DNA from: Escherichia phage vB_Eco_NR1
DNA length: 64,000 nt
Sequence record: LR990704
Strand: one strand, 5' to 3'
The translations under genes were made by a program, and so were the position numbers. Numbering within the stretch: position 1 is the stretch's first letter; every line of letters starts with the position of its first letter. Below are positions 63,883 to 64,000 of the stretch, piece after piece. The notes below the pieces were generated by a model. It was not told the DNA's origin. It searched no databases and saw only the letters and a program-made list of their open reading frames with translations.

Positions 63883-63999
63883 TTAATCATTAGTAGATAA
63901 CAACACAAATGTTAAATATGCACACATACCCTGAGCTAAAGCTTGCGAAAACACACTGCTAGCATCGATACAGATAGTTAAAACACATGCTACTATCCA
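63883..63999 (-). CDS. hydrophobic small protein, 3' part only (start beyond window end)
   Basis: Frame open from the window edge to a TAA at 63883..63885; translated ..WIVACVLTICIDASSVFSQALAQGMCAYLTFVLLSTND. Confidence 0.3.
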   Translation of the reverse strand, partial: WIVACVLTICIDASSVFSQALAQGMCAYLTFVLLSTND

Positions 64000-64000
64000 A

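Noticed and set aside
63783-63890. 35 aa ORF directly upstream of gene 52
   Set aside because: Very short, overlaps the truncated hydrophobic ORF at the window edge in another frame, and there is not enough context in the window to choose between the two frames.

Overview
This 64 kb window is a contiguous stretch of a T4-like (T-even, Tequatrovirus-type) coliphage genome; identification rests on gene order and on protein sequences I recognise from T4, not on any database search. Plus-strand late genes: portal gp20 (5' end outside the window), prohead core and scaffold genes 67, 68, 21, 22, major capsid gp23, vertex gp24, uvsW, baseplate/tail genes 51, 27, 28, 29, 48, 54, long tail fibre genes 34 to 38 and holin t. 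Minus-strand blocks: rnlB, hoc, inh, uvsY, genes 25 and 26, alt, DNA ligase, the 30.x / rIII / 31 / cd / pseT / alc / rnlA / denA small-gene cluster, nrdB, nrdA, td, frd, gene 32, 59, 33, dsbA, rnh, asiA, arn, motA and gene 52. Many stem-loop terminators and TATAAATA late promoters are visible. Departures from the canonical T4 layout, as far as I can judge from memory: two tandem full-length Alt-type ADP-ribosyltransferase genes; a Dam-like adenine methyltransferase between nrdB and nrdA; intron-free td and nrdB with small extra ORFs flanking td (one with a DUF4326-like Cys/His motif); a NADAR-like domain split across two overlapping frames (30.3 / 30.3'); a possible frameshift in 30.8; a 54 bp early-promoter/leader cassette present twice; and a gp37/gp38 tip module with an adhesin-type glycine-rich gp38. 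No CRISPR array, tRNA or rRNA was seen. Coordinates of features I placed by hand (promoters, hairpins, small ORFs) may be off by a few bases.
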